The notes beneath the pieces were generated by a model, which worked only from the letters and a program-made list of their open reading frames with translations, was not told the origin of the DNA and ran no database searches. 64,000 nt of DNA, taken from positions 186,001 through 250,000 of the forward strand of contig JASTWF010000104.1 of assembly GCA_030390025.1 (NCBI GenBank), in the 5' to 3' direction. Below are positions 35,478-49,300 of this stretch, piece by piece (the first letter of the stretch is position 1; every line of letters starts with the position of its first letter). The position numbers and the translations under genes were made by a program. This stretch comes from Squalus acanthias. Lineage: Eukaryota.

Positions 35478-36543
35478 AGAAACTGTCGAAGTTTTACATA
35501 CCGAGTAGAACTAATTTAAACAAAGAATCGTGTCAAAGAAGGCTTTTTAATAAAGTTTACTTGTTACAGGGGAAGGTTCTGACACAGTCAAGTTGCTATG
35601 TCAGAATGCTTCGAATCTTACAAGATTTGAACATACTTTATACAAAAAAGAACACAGAACAGGCCATATGACACATCATTAAACATCCTATTTAATGATG
35701 CACAAACTTGTGAGTTATTGCATAGGTTTTCGTTACAATAACGAGCAGAAATTCCTTAAAGATCAGATAACCAGACCTTCCTTATGAGACCCCTTTGTTC
35801 AATGTTCATTCTCTAATCTGTGGGTTGATGGCTTACCTTATCTCATCCTGAGCTGGTTAGAACTAATTGATGCCTTATTTTGCTAAGCTTTTCTTAGATA
35901 AGGAATTTTGAGTTGTCACCTCCTTGTAGCTAATTAGAATGATTTACTTATTATGGTGACTCCTACTGTCGGCCATTTTGAATTCCCTTTTTAAATTCTT
36001 TTCTTAGAGAAGCCATTTTATTTGTGTCTTAAAAGTAAACTGCACTTCCACACCAGCTGGCGTCTCCCCGGAGTAGACAGCTCCTCCCAGCCGGTGTCTC
36101 CCCGGAGCAGACAGCTCCTCCCAGCCAGCGTCTCCCCGGAGCAGACGGTTCCTCCCAGCTGATGTCTCCCCATAGCAGACGACTCCTCCCAGCTGGCGTC
36201 TCCCCCGAGCAGATCGTGTGGGGCCGTAAGTGTCTAGGTTCTGTTTGCAGTGGATGGNNNNNNNNNNNNNNNNNNNNNNNNNNNNNNNNNNNNNNNNNNN
36301 NNNNNNNNNNNNNNNNNNNNNNNNNNNNNNNNNNNNNNNNNNNNNNNNNNNNNNNNNNNNNNNNNNNNNNNNNNNNNNNNNNNNNNNNNNNNNNNNNNNN
36401 NNNNNNNNNNNNNNNNNNNNNNNNNNNNNNNNNNNNNCCCCTCTCCTCCCCCTCCCATTCCCCCCTCCCCCGTTCCTGTGTAATGTTCAGTCACCACGTT
36501 GATTAACAGGACCAGCAGTAATTCTTCCTCTTGTTCTGATCAG

Positions 36544-36615
36544 ATTTGTTCACAGTTGAGCACGCGTCTGGAGAAGCAGCAGCCTGCGAGTAAGGAGGAG
36601 CTGGAGATGGTGAAG
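36544..36615 (+). pseudogene. RABGAP1L: RABGAP1L-family orphan exon C
   Basis: gatcag|[24 protein letters not shown]|gtagga; 72 nt, phase 0/0; close to recalled RABGAP1L [24 protein letters not shown]. Confidence 0.9.
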
Positions 36616-36759
36616 GTAGGAGTGGGCCTGACTCTGGCTGGGCAGCCTGTGAATGTCACACTCCTGTATCGTATTGTCTCCACACTGTAACATCCATTGT
36701 ACATCGAGTGTGGTCTAATAGGCAAACACTGTTAACTATCAACTAAATACTCAGAGATA

Positions 36760-36912
36760 GGCCCCGGTCTCACACCGGGCCCCGGTCTCACACTGGGCGA
36801 CGGGCCCCGGTCTCACACTGGGCCATGGGCCCCGGTCTCACACTGGGCCACGGGCCCCGGTCTCACACTGGGCCCCGGTCTCACACTGGGCGACGGGCCC
36901 CGGTCTCACACT
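36760..36912. repeat. Short tandem repeat gggccccggtctcacact
   Basis: Visible repeats. Confidence 0.85.
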
Positions 36913-36959
36913 CTTTAATTTCCTGTCTCTCGGGGGTGGGGAGTGGGGGGCGGTGAGTC

Positions 36960-37960
36960 CAGAACAAGGGAGTTAATCTTTAAATGAGAGCCAGGCCGTT
37001 CGTTCGGGGCTGATGTCAGGAAGCACTTCTTCACACAAAGGGGAGTGGAAATCTGGAAGTCTCTCCCACAAAAGGCTGGAGATGCCGGGGGTCAATTGGA
37101 GCTTTCAAGACTGAGGTCGGTCGATTTTTGTTACGCAGGGGTATTTAGGGATCGAATTGAATGGCAGGACAGGCTTGAGGGGCTAAATGGCCTCCTCCTG
37201 TTCCTATGATGGTCTGGAACGCACTGTCTGAAAGGGCAGTGGAAGCAGATTCAATAATAACTTTCAAAACGGATTTCGATAAATACTTGAAATGGAAAGA
37301 TTTGCAGGACTGTGGGGAAAGAGCAGGGGAGTGGGATTAATTGGAGAGCTCTTTCAAAGAGCACCGTCATGATGGTCCAAATGGCCTCCCTCTGTGCTGT
37401 AAGATGCTATGTTTAAGGAGGAGTGCTCCAGCTATCGTGGGCAATGCTGGTTTCAGGGGTTGAAAGCAGGGCTTTCGGTGGGGCTTGGGATGTTCCGATG
37501 TAGATGTACCATAGGGGGCGCTAAAGCACCAATTGGTCCAATTATTAGCAGAGGGGGGAAAACGGGGATGGAAATAGCTGAAATAAAATGTATGCTGCGA
37601 CTTTTAAAATGGTCTGCACCACCAGCACGATGCTGCAGTTAGAGCAGCCTTTCCAGTCGCTGAGAGTTTACAGTGAATCTGAATCAGCCCCTCGAGCCTG
37701 TTCCCCCATTCAATTAGAACAGGGCTGATCTGTGTCTTAACTCCATCGACCCGCCTTGGTTCTGTAACCTTTAATACTCTTACCCAGCAAAAACCTTTCA
37801 ATCCCAGTTTAGACATTTTCAACTGACCCGCAGCCTCAACAGGTCTTTGGAGAACGAGTTCCAGATTTCCACTGCCCTGTGTTTGAAGAAGTGCTTCCTG
37901 ACATCACCCCTGAACAGCTTAGTTCCAATTTTACTGTTATGCCCCCTTGTTCTGAAACTC
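36960..37960. mobile_element. Several CR1 3'-end remnants on both strands
   Basis: cacttcttcacacaaagg..., aatggcctcctcctgttcctatg and reverse-complement CR1 tail sequence. Confidence 0.55.
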
Positions 37961-38061
37961 ATCTGTTCCCTGAGAGAGTGGAAGGGCTGAAAGGTGTTTG
38001 TTCTGCTGGTTAATCTGTGCCACTGGAAGCCCTGGGCCTGTGTCCATGCCTTGTGACCGGG

Positions 38062-39150
38062 TGAGAGTCTCGGGCGAGGAGAGAGAGTCTCGGGCGGGGA
38101 GAGAGAGTCTCGGGCGGGGAGAGAGAGTCTCGGGCGGGGAGAGAGAGTCTCGGGCGGGGAGAGAGAGTCTCGGGCGGGGAGAGAGAGTCTCGGGAGGAGA
38201 GAGAGAGTCTCGGGCGGGGAGGGAGAGTCTCGGGCGGGGAGAGAGAGTCTCGGGCAGGGAGAGAGAGTCTCGGGCGGGGAGAGAGAGTCTCGGGCGGGGA
38301 GAGAGAGTCTCGGGCGGGGAGGGAGAGTCTCGGGCGGGGAGAGAGAGTCTCGGGCGGGGAGAGAGAGTCTCGGGCGGGGAGAGAGAGTCTCGGGCGGGGA
38401 GGGAGAGTATCGGGCGGGGAGAGAGAGTCTCGGGCGGGGAGAGAGAGTCTCGGGCGGGGAGAGAGAGTCTCGGGAGGAGAGAGAGAGTCTCGGGCGGGGA
38501 GGGAGAGTCTCGGGCGGGGAGAGAGAGTCTCGGGCAGGGAGAGAGAGTCTCGGGCGGGGAGAGAGAGTCTCGGGCGGGGAGAGAGAGTCTCGGGCGGGGA
38601 GGGAGAGTCTCGGGCGGGGAGAGAGAGTCTCGGGCGGGGAGAGAGAGTCTCGGGCGGGGAGAGAGTGTCTCGGGCGGGGAGGGAGAGTCTCGGTCGGGGA
38701 GGGAGAGTCTCGGGCGGGGAGAGAGAGCGGCTCGGGCGGGGAGAGAGAGTCTCGGGCGGGGAGGGAGAGTCTCGGGCGGAGAGAGAGAGTCTCGGGCGGG
38801 GAGGGAGAGTCTCGGGCGGGGAGAGAGAGCGGCTCGTGGGCGGGGAGGGAGAGTCTCGGGCGGGGAGAGAGTCTCGGGCGGAGAGAGAGAGTCTCGGGCG
38901 GGGGGGAGAGAGAGTCTCAGGCGGGGAGAGAGTCTCGGGCGGGGAGATAGAGTCTCGGGCGGGGAGATAGAGTCTCGGGCGGGGAGAGAGAGTCTCGGGC
39001 GGGAGAGAGAGTCTCGGGCGGGGAGAGAGAGTCTCGGGCGGGGAGAGAGAGTCTCGGGCGGGGAGAGAGAGTCTCGGGCGGGGAGAGAGAGTCTCGGGCG
39101 GGGAGAGAGAGCGGCTCGGGCGGGGAGAGAGTCTCGGACGGAGAGAGAGC
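38062..39150. repeat. 20-bp purine-rich minisatellite gagagagtctcgggcgggga
   Basis: About 50 tandem copies; accounts for ORFs 37998-39260 and 38010-39185. Confidence 0.95.
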
Positions 39151-39429
39151 GGCTCAGACACTATCTGTCTCCCCGTTATTCCCACGCTCGGTGCCTCTCC
39201 CGGTCTGGCTCTGAGTGTGTGTACAGTAGTCCCCTGGTTGTGATGACTGGCTCTGGGTGACCCATCACCCCACTGCTCGCTGACCTACATTGTCTCCCGG
39301 TTAAGCAATGCCTCCATTTTTTAAATTTTCATCATTGTGTTCAAATCCCTCCATGGCCTTGCCCCGTGCTATCTCTGTAACCTCCTCAAGCCCTGCAACC
39401 CTGCAAGATATCTGCGCTCCTCTAAGTCT

Positions 39430-39785
39430 GCCCCCCCCCAACCCCTCCACCCCCACACTGCCCCGCTCACCCCCCCACCCCCACACTGCCCCCCCCACCC
39501 CCACACTGCCCTCCCCACCCCCACACTGCCCCCCCCACCCTGCCCCCCCACCCCCACACTGCCCCGCTCACCCCCCCCACCCCCACACTGCCCCGCTCAC
39601 CCCCCCACCCCCACACTGCCCCGCCCACCCCCACAATACCCCCCCACCCCCACACTGCCCCCCCCCACCCCCACACTGCCCCCCCACCCCCACACTGCCC
39701 CCCCACCCCCACCCCCACACTGCCCCCCCCACCCCCACACTGCCCCCCCACCCCCACACTGCCCCCCCACCCCCACCCTCCCGAC
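39430..39785. repeat. C-rich repeat (ccccacccccacactg)n
   Basis: Visible low-complexity array. Confidence 0.9.
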
Positions 39786-40067
39786 CAGCCTGATCTCCAG
39801 CTTGGGACGGGCTGCCCACCTTAGGCCTTTTTGTACATTCAAATACTTCTTCATTATTTAATCCAAGGTTACTAATTGTTGGTTTGTATATTGTATCGCA
39901 AGACATGTTGTTGTATTTTATTACCAGATTTTGTCGTCACTTTCATTGCCATCAGTTGTTGATTGATATCGCCGCAGGTTAACATAGTGAGAGGATCAAT
40001 TCCACAGTCTGCCTGAGGGGTGAGGGGCTATCTGCAATCCATGTGTTTACTGTTTACACTCACCCTG

Positions 40068-40580
40068 CACAGACTGACTGAGAATGTTCTCTCTCTCTCT
40101 GTACAGACTGACTGAGAATGTTCTCTCTCTCTCTCTGTACAGACTGACTGAGAATGTTCTCTTTCTCTCTGTACAGACTGACTGAGAATGTTCTCTCTCT
40201 CTCTGTGTACAGACTGACTGAGAATGTTCTCTCGCTCTCTGTACAGACTGACTGAGAATGTTCTCTCTCTCTCTCTGTACAGACTGACTGAGAATGTTCT
40301 CTCTCTCTCTGTACGGACTGACTGAGAATGTTCTCTCTCTCTGTACAGACTGACTGAGAATGTTCTCTCTCTCTCTCTGTACAGACTGACTGAGAATGTT
40401 CTCTCTCTCTCTCTGTACGGACTGACTGAGAATGTTCTCTCTCTCTCTACAGACTGACTGAGAATGTTCTCTCTCTCTCTGTACAGACTGACTGAGAATG
40501 TTCTCTCTCTCTCTGTACAGACTGACTGAGAATGTTCTCTCTCTCTCTGTACAGACTGACTGAGAATGTTCTCTCTCTCT
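40068..40580. repeat. ~36-40 bp repeat ctgtacagactgactgagaatgtt(ct)n
   Basis: Visible tandem array with a variable CT tract. Confidence 0.9.
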
Positions 40581-41487
40581 CCCATCCGTTCGCCCACATT
40601 GATCGAGATGTTTTGCTCAGGTTGGTCCCCAAGCCTCACCGGCACTCACTGGACATATTGCGAACACGCTAAACATTCTGCCTGGATCTTTCCACAGGAC
40701 TATCCCAACCTTCTTCCCTTTCAGTCTTCACAACCTGATGTGTGTGGACTCCACAGAGTAACTGGTCAAGGACTCAATTTGCACAATGTAGAAAGAACTA
40801 ATGATCGATCTGGTTTCTTTAATTTTCAGACAGGTTAGATATTAAAATAGTTAAAAATAGGAGATTTGATGCTTAACTTGCAGCCTGTTGTCCCGGTGAA
40901 CAGGTTCCTTTGGTTTCTGTGTTTGTCTGTAATTCCGAGCTCCCCCAGCTGTTCACAGTGGTGCAGCCATCCCTGGGGGAAGCTTGTATTTGGAACAATT
41001 GTATTTTCAAGAATAAACTAACTCACTGTGGCTTGTGTCTGCCTGTGTTCTGTGACCCGTCCACACTTTGGGCCCTTCAGACTCCTGCACAGGAAGATCC
41101 CATTCACTGCTCGTTCACTTCAACAGATCATTCGATTGGCGTCAGTCGTAAGACTCCACACACAACTTAGAAACTGAAAGACTTCGGCCCATTGGCCTCT
41201 GGAACCAGGGTCAGTTGCCTGACTGACCGGGCCCCTGTATATGCAGCATCTTAACTGACTGACAGCAGTTATTACAGACACACCACCACTGCAGACATCC
41301 AATAAACTGAGTTTAACTGAAATAGGGGGAAATAAGCCACTGGAACTTTATAATAACACCCGTCACTGATACAGCGTCTGTCACCCAGTAAACTGACCAA
41401 CTGGGCTCCACACGACAAAAATCAAACTTCAAACAGGGAAAGGAGACGAGGTGAGGGAATGAGACAGAAGGCAAACACGGAGTGGGA

Positions 41488-42609
41488 ACTACAGGCAGTA
41501 CTGGGTAACACACTCACATACACCTACAGGCAGTACTGGGTAACAGTCAGACTCACACTCACCTACAGGCAGTACTGGGTAACAGTCAGACTCACACTCA
41601 CCTACAGGCAGTACTGGGTAACATTCACACTCACACTCACCTACAGGCAGTACTGGGTAACAGTCACACCCCACTCACACACACCTACAGGCAGTACTGG
41701 GTAACAGTCCCACCAACACACACACACCTACAGGCAGTACTGGGTAACATTCACATTCACACTCACACACACCTACAGGCAGTACTGGGTAACAGTCACA
41801 CCCACACTCACCTACAGGCAGTACTGGGTAACAGTCAGACTCACACTCACCTACAGGCAGTACTGGGTAACACACTCACACGCACCTACAGGCAGTACTG
41901 GGTAACAGTCAGACGCACACTCACCTACAGGCAGTACTGGGTAACAGTCAGACTCACACTCACCTACAGGCAGTACTGGGTAACAGTCAGACTCACACTC
42001 ACCTACAGGCAGTACTGGGTAACATTCACACTCACACTCACCTACAGGCAGTACTGGGTAACATTCACACCCCACTCACACACACCTACAGGCAGTACTG
42101 GGTAACAGTCCCACCAACACACACACACCTACAGGCAGTACTGGGTAACATTCACATTCACACTCACACACACCTACAGGCAGTACTGGGTAACAGTCAC
42201 ACCCCACTCACACACACCCAGAGGCAGTACTGGGTAACAGTCCCACCAACACACACACACCTACAGGCAGTACTGGGTAACAGTAACACCCACCAGAGAC
42301 ACGCACCTACAGGCAGTACTGGGTAACAGTCACACCCCACTCACACGCACCTACAGGCAGTACTGGGTAACATTACTACCCACCAGAGAAACGCATCTAC
42401 AGGCAGTACTGGGTAACAGTCAGACCAACACTCTTACGCACCTACAGGCAGTACTGGGTAACATTACTACCCACCAGAGACACGCACCTACAGACAGTAC
42501 TGGGTAACAGTCAGACCAACACACACACACCTACAGGCAGTACTGGGTAACATTACTACCCACCAGAGAAACGCATCTACAGGCAGTATTGGGTAACAGT
42601 CACACACAC
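41488..42609. repeat. 49-bp-family minisatellite (shorter variants)
   Basis: Core cacctacaggcagtactgggtaacagtca. Confidence 0.92.
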
Positions 42610-43855
42610 TGTAAAGATTCCAAAATTTGCAGATCCCCAAAACCTAAGGAAAAAGCACATTGGAACCACCCCAGAGTGATAAAAATGCATTTGGGCCTAA
42701 CATAAGGAATTTAAGACCAAAACCAAGCTTTGGCATTTTAAAAACATGTCTGGACATGGAAGGGAGAGGGGGCTGCACAGGACGTGGGTACAACCTCTGT
42801 AAATAGCAGTTTTGGGTATTGCATTGTCTGGGAATTCAAGCCCCAGCAAACATTAACATTTGGACAATAGGCCCTGGGAGAAGGCAGCCCCACCCAAAAC
42901 ACAGGAACCATTAAAACCTATCACACAACCCATTAAAGACATGCATAAAGATAGGAGTGCTAGGTCCAGCAAGAAACCCAAAACATGAGGACAATGCAAA
43001 CTCCGATTGAACAACAGATCGACAGGACGTAAGCCATTTGACACTTGGTAGGGTCGTTACTGTTGACGAGGTCTTACAATGACTTGGTTTTGACAAGGCC
43101 ACTTCAATTTAGTATAATTGAAGGCCCATCAAGCAGTTACAACAGCTCAGTAAGAAGAGAGTTCAGGACAATTTAACACCAAGTTAAACCCATCAAAACT
43201 TAACAAGCCCGCAAAACCAAGACAATGGAATGAACAGGCCTCAACTGAAACCTAAATCACTTCAACACGAAACCATTTTAGAAAGGGGTTTTGGCGCGAA
43301 AAAGACAAAGGGGTCCGAACAGTATAATTGAGGGCCCATCCCCCAAGAAGCTCTCAGCTCGGTTCCAGAAGCAGCAAGTTCCAGCAAGACACTCGACGAC
43401 CAGACCACCATCACAGATTTCACAGACCACTGCCACGTGGGGACGGCAGGCCCCAAAGGACAAGAAGTGAGTACCTCAAAATCGCAATCAACTTACCTGG
43501 CTGGATTTCGCACTGTCCAAAACCCCTGTTTGGTGAGCATTATCCATGATCTCCTGAAACCGAAACCTAGCTAGATAGTGGGATTTTTGGGAGGGATAAG
43601 GGTTTTTTGTATATTGTAATTCTCCCTCGCCTGTACCGTGTGTTCCCCAACCTGTTTAAGTGTTAAGTGTGTTTTAAGTTTGTTACCTTTTTCTTTTAAT
43701 AAAAGTCATAATTCTTTCATCGGAACCTGTTGTCTACTGCATCTTTATTCACAACCCCTAAATAAGTCCAAGGTCTGAACCAGGGGCGTGGGAGCGATTC
43801 GAACCGCTCACTGAGTCAGAGGTGAGGCTGACCCCTACCACAACCACCCCCTGCA
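42610..43855 (+). mobile_element. 5' LTR (~1.25 kb) of a gag-bearing element
   Basis: TG...CA ends; termini match the TSD-bounded solo LTR at 52783-54149; followed by PBS-like TGGCGACCGTGGCA at 43859. Confidence 0.88.
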
Positions 43856-43929
43856 TAATGGCGACCGTGGCACAAACTTGGCAAAAGGGTTGTGAAGCAG
43901 TAGACACTGATTTTGAGGAGAGAACTGTA

Positions 43930-45681
43930 ATGGAAGAGAGGATTTCAGATTATGTGTTCAGCAAGGTGAATATGGAAAAGAAGTGGGTCACTAATCTGTT
44001 AAAGGCTGGGCGCCCGGTAGATGCAGCAGCTAAATGGACAGAAGGGAAGGATCATAAAAAATCCTTAGAAAAGGCAGTCTGGCTGATGTGCTTCAAGAAA
44101 CAGATCCAACTTTTGGACAGACTCGTTGAAGCACAGGCAGCCGAGATTCGGGAGTCGGCCCTGGAAGTCCAAACAAAGGCCCTAGCAGGGGAGAAGTTAC
44201 TGTTAGCATTGCAGGCGCTAAACCAGGAAAGGGTGCAGTTAGTGGGGGAGCATAAGACCCGGCAGGAATATTTACAGTGTTAGGTCACAGAGGCCAAGAA
44301 CAATGAGCTGAGGTTGCGGGAAAAGAATGCCCGCCTGGCAAAACAAGTAAAAGAGCAGGAGGAGACAGTAAAAGGCTTACAGGCAGCCTATAAGGTAATG
44401 AGCGCACAGGGGTTTGAGGATGCAGACCACGGCTCCTGCTAGAAGCAGATAGAGAGTCTCAACCTTGCTCTAAGGAAGGCAAGAGGCGTGGCATGCCTCA
44501 TAAGCCCAAGTGCAGCCCAGGTCGACTTTACAGGGAACCTGTGGAGAACGGTTCAGACACCACAGATAGTGCCAAGGGACGACCCGGTTGAGGAGCAGGA
44601 GGGCCCACGACCACCACCCATAGCGCCAAGCTTTAGCGAAGTCTGGCAAGAAGAAGGGGTGGAGTTAGGGGCAGAAGCTGAGGTGGAAAAACCCCCGCAA
44701 GAGAGGCTGGGACCGGGGCCGATGTGCCCGGCCTGGCAGCAAAGGTTTGGCCCACCCGCTGATAACGGGGATGGGGGACCCCTCCAAAACCAGTTCGTGG
44801 CTCCCCACGGTACACAACAGCTTAGGGTTATGGTAAGCCACCTGAGTAAACTCACCCAACAAGGGGACCCCTCAGTTCACTTCATAGAAGTGGAACAGGC
44901 AGCAGGCATCAACGGCTGTGACGATGCCGAGATGGCAAAAATGCTCCTGTTCTCACTGGATGGCAGGCTATACCAGTCCCTGTCTGCTGAGAGCAAGAGA
45001 GGACAGAATGGATATGCTGCCATCAGAGAGGAAGTTTTAGAGGCCATGGGGATGAATGAGGGAAGTCCTTTCTCCCGGGTGGAGAAAACAGTGCAGCTCG
45101 CAGGGGAGACCCCACAGGCTTTTGCAGACAGGCTGTGGCCCGTGTACAGGGGTGCTTGTGGTGGGGATCTTAACAGGGCTCACCTAAACCGGGACGAGCT
45201 GGCCCACTGGCTCTGAAGCCTAGTGGCAAACAGCTTGCCTCGGATCAAAACCAAGGCTGAGCTTTGGTTTGACCCGAAAGACCCCCGGGGCACCGAAGAG
45301 GCAGTGGTCAGACAGCTGACCCTGGCCTACCGGAACGGGAGAGGGGCGGAAGAGCCCCCACAAACAGGGAAAGTGCATGAAATAAAACCCGGCCAGAGTA
45401 GGAAGGAGTGGCATCAGGAGGGGAATAACCCTTCCAGCACAAAGCTTAACTGTTATGGGTGTGGGAAGGATGGTCACTGGAGGAAGGAGTGTAAGAATCC
45501 TTGGAAGGATAACAAGGGAAAGAATTCCTCAGCCCCAGCCCAAAAGGCAGAGACAGGGATCCCTCCCGCCACGGTCGAGTCATTTTTGGACGCCATGAGG
45601 TCCCTATTGACTGGCCCAGGGAAGGTAGCAGCAACCACCGGTGCTCTGACCCCATCAGCCCCATACAACCCAGACCTATGA
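43930..45681 (+). pseudogene. gag with three in-frame nonsense codons
   Basis: MEERISDYVFSKVN...DPSVHFIEVEQ...QLAGETPQAFADRLW...CYGCGKDGHWRKEC (CCHC knuckle); stops at 44281, 44440 and 45214; no frameshift. Confidence 0.88.
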
Positions 45682-46345
45682 CTAGAACCAGCGCAGCCTG
45701 TCTACCTGTGTCCCCTTGAAAGACACGCACAGGAAGAGACCTCCCATAAGGAGGCCAGGTTAAATGAGCAGGTCTTACGGGAGGAGAACGCCCGCTTAAC
45801 GGGTAAAGTAGACAGGCTAGAGGGGCAGCTTAGAGACATAAAGGCAGCCTACAGGGTAGACAGGAGCAGGGGGTATGAAGATTTAAACCATGGGTCCTGT
45901 GAGGAAAGGATAAAAGGTCTGACCCAAGCCCTATCCAAAGCCAGAGGGATGGTTTGCTTAACAACCCCGGGGGAATTCACCACCCCGCAGTTGCAAGCCA
46001 TGGTAGCAGAGTTGCCAAAACTAAAACAGGATAGAAATCCTCAGCCTGCAGCAGGAGCAAATTCACAGACTGCAGAAGCAGGCGCAGTGGCCTGTCTTAA
46101 GGGAGGGGCCACCGTTTGGGACATTCCCCCACTCCTCTGGGATTTAGAGGAAGTGGGACCTGAGGGCGAGGACCCTTAACCTGCAGCACCAGGCTGCGAA
46201 GAGTTACCTGACCCTGACACAGGTTTAGAAGAGGTACAGCCTGAGGATAGAAATCCCCAGCTATTGGCAGTGGAAGATTTACAGACCACACAACAGGGGG
46301 CAGTGGCTCATGTTAAAGACCCACCAGCCCGAAAACCCCCACCAG
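45682..46345 (+). mobile_element. Rearranged second gag fragment in place of pol
   Basis: In frame after the gag TGA. ERHAQEETS...LREENARL...LEGQLRDIK...ERIKGLTQALSKARGMVCL matches the coiled-coil region of the 1-1326 gag. Confidence 0.75.
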
Positions 46346-46349
46346 CCAG

Positions 46350-49300
46350 AGTCACACCCACACTCAGGGACATTCACCTACAGGCAGTACTGGGTAACAG
46401 TCACACCCACACTCAGAGACATGCACCTACAGGCAGTACTGGGTAACAGTCACACCCACACTCAGAGACATGCACCTACAGGCAGTACTGGGTAACAGTC
46501 ACACCCACACTCAGGGACATTCACCTACAGGCACTAGTGGGTAACAGTCACACCCACACTCAGAGACATTCACCTACAGGCAGTACTGGGTAACAGTCAC
46601 ACCCACACTCAGGGACATTCACCTACAGGCACTAGTGGGTAACAGTCACACACACACTCAGGGACATTCACCTACAGGCAGTACTGGGTAACAGTCACAC
46701 ACACACTCAGAGACATTCACCTACAGGCTGTACTGGGTAACAGTCACACTCACACACCCACACACCTACAGGCAGTACTGGGTAACAGTCAGACTCACAC
46801 TCACCTACAGGCAGCACTGGGTAACAGTCAGACTCACACTCACCTACAGGCAGTACTGGGTAACAGTCACACACACAGACCCACACACCTACAGGCAGCA
46901 CTGGGTAACAGTCACACTCACACACACCTACAGCCAGTACTGGGTAACAGTCACACACACACACCCACACACCTACAGGCAGCACTGGGTAACAGTCACA
47001 CTCACACACACCTACAGGCAGTACTGGGTAACAGTCACACCCACACTCAGGGACATTCACCTACAGGCAGTACTGGGTAACAGTCACACCCACACTTGGG
47101 GACATTCACCTACAGGCAGTACTGGGTAACAGTCACACACACACTCAGAGACATTCACCTACAGGCAGTACTGGGTAACAGTCACACCCACACTCAGAGA
47201 CATGCACCTACAGGCAGTATTGGGTAACAGTCACACCCACACTCAGGGAGATTCACCTACAGGCAGTACTGGGTAACAGTCACATCCACACTCGGGGACA
47301 TTCACCTACCGGCAATACTGGGTAACAGTCACACCCACACTCAGGGACATTCACCTACAGGAAGTACTGGGTAACAGTCACACCCACACTCGGGGACATT
47401 CACCTACAGGCAGTAGTGGGTAACAGTCACACCCACACTCGGGGACATTCACCTACAGGCACTAGTGGGTAACAGTCACACTGACACTCAGGGACATTCA
47501 CCTACAGGCAGTACTGGGTAACAGTCACACTGACACTCAGGGACATTCACCTACAGGCAGTACTGGGTAACAGTCACACCCACACTCAGGGACATTCACC
47601 TACAGGCACTAGTGGGTAACAGTCACACCCACACTCGGGGACATTCACCTACAGGCACTAGTGGGTAACAGTCACACTGACACTCAGGGACATTCACCTA
47701 CAGGCAGTACTGGGTAACAGTCACACCCACACTCAGAGCCATTCACCTACAGGCAGTACTGGGTAACAGTCACACCCACACTCAGGGACATTCACCAACA
47801 GGCAGTACTGGGTAACAGTCACACCCACACTCAGGGACATTCAACTACAGGCAGTACTGGGTAACAGTCACACTGACACTCAGGGACATTCACCTACAGG
47901 CAGTAGTGGGTAACAGTCACACCCACACTCAGAGACATTCACCTACAGGCAGTACTGGGTAACAGTCACACCCACACTCAGGGACATTCACCTACAGGCA
48001 CTAGTGGGTAACAGTCACACCCACACTCAGGGACATTCACCTACAGGCAGTACTGGGTAACAGTCACACCCACACTCAGGGACATTCACCTACAGGCAGT
48101 ACTGGGTAACAGTCACACCCACACTCAGGGACATTCACCTACAGGCAGTACTGGGTAACAGTCACACCCACACTCAGGGACATTCACCAACAGGCACTAG
48201 TGGGTAACAGTCACACTGACACTCAGGGACATTCACCTACAGGCAGTAGTGGGTAACAGTCACACCCACACTCAGAGACATTCACCTACAGGCAGTACTG
48301 GGTAACAGTCACACCCACACTCAGGGACATTCACCTACAGGCACTAGTGGGTAACAGTCACACCCACACTCAGGGACATTCACCTACAGGCAGTACTGGG
48401 TAACAGTCACATCCACACTCAGGGACATTCACCTACAGGCAGTACTGGGTAACAGTCACATCCACACTCGGGGACATTCACCTACCGGCAATACTGGGTA
48501 ACAGTCACACCCACACTCAGGGACATTCACCTACAGGAAGTACTGGGTAACAGTCACACCCACACTCGGGGACATTCACCTACAGGCAGTACTGGGTAAC
48601 AGTCACACCCACACTCAGGGACATTCACCTACAGGCACTAGTGGGTAACAGTCACACCCACACTCAGGGACATTCACCTACAGGCAGTACTGGGTAACAG
48701 TCACATCCACACTCAGGGACATTCACCTACAGGCAGTAGTGGGTAACAGTCACACCCACACTCAGAGACATTCACCTACAGGCAGTACTGGGTAACAGTC
48801 ACACCCACACTCAGGGACATTCACCTACAGGCACTAGTGGGTAACAGTCACACCCACACTCAGGGACATTCACCTACAGGCAGTACTGGGTAACAGTCAC
48901 ATCCACACTCAGGGACATTCACCTACAGGCAGTACTGGGTAACAGTCACACCCACACTCAGGGACATTCACCTACAGGCAGTACTGGGTAACAGTCACAC
49001 CCACACTCAGGGACATTCACCAACAGGCACTAGTGGGTAACAGTCACACTGACACTCAGGGACATTCACCTACAGGCAGTACTGGGTAACAGTCACACCC
49101 ACACTCAGGGACATTCACCTACAGGCACTAGTGGGTAACAGTCACACCCACACTCAGAGACATTCACCTGCAGGCTGTACTGGGTAACAGTCACACTGAC
49201 ACTCTGGGACATTCACCTACAGGCACTAGTGGGTAACAGTCACACCCACACTCGGGGACATTCACCTACAGGCTGTACTGGGTAACAGTCACACCCACAC

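Larger units (their letters stand above)
26054..36052 (-). mobile_element. Endogenous retrovirus (gamma/epsilon-like), defective, with both LTRs
   Basis: LTRs 26054-26620 and 35484-36052 (TG...CA, about 10 differences by eye); 4-bp TSD CCAG (26050-26053 / 36053-36056); PBS TGGAGGTCCCACCGAGAT (35477-35460); PPT GGACAAAAGGGGAAAA beside the 3' LTR; integrase and env remnants. Confidence 0.95.

Noticed and set aside
40690-40765. Possible further exon (ccacag...gtaact)
   Set aside because: No frame resembles the next RABGAP1L exon or any protein I recognise.
43822-43929. gag starting at the ATG overlapping the PBS (43858)
   Set aside because: The related element has TTG at this position and a stop soon after; similarity begins at MEERIS/MEDRIS (43930 / 1326).
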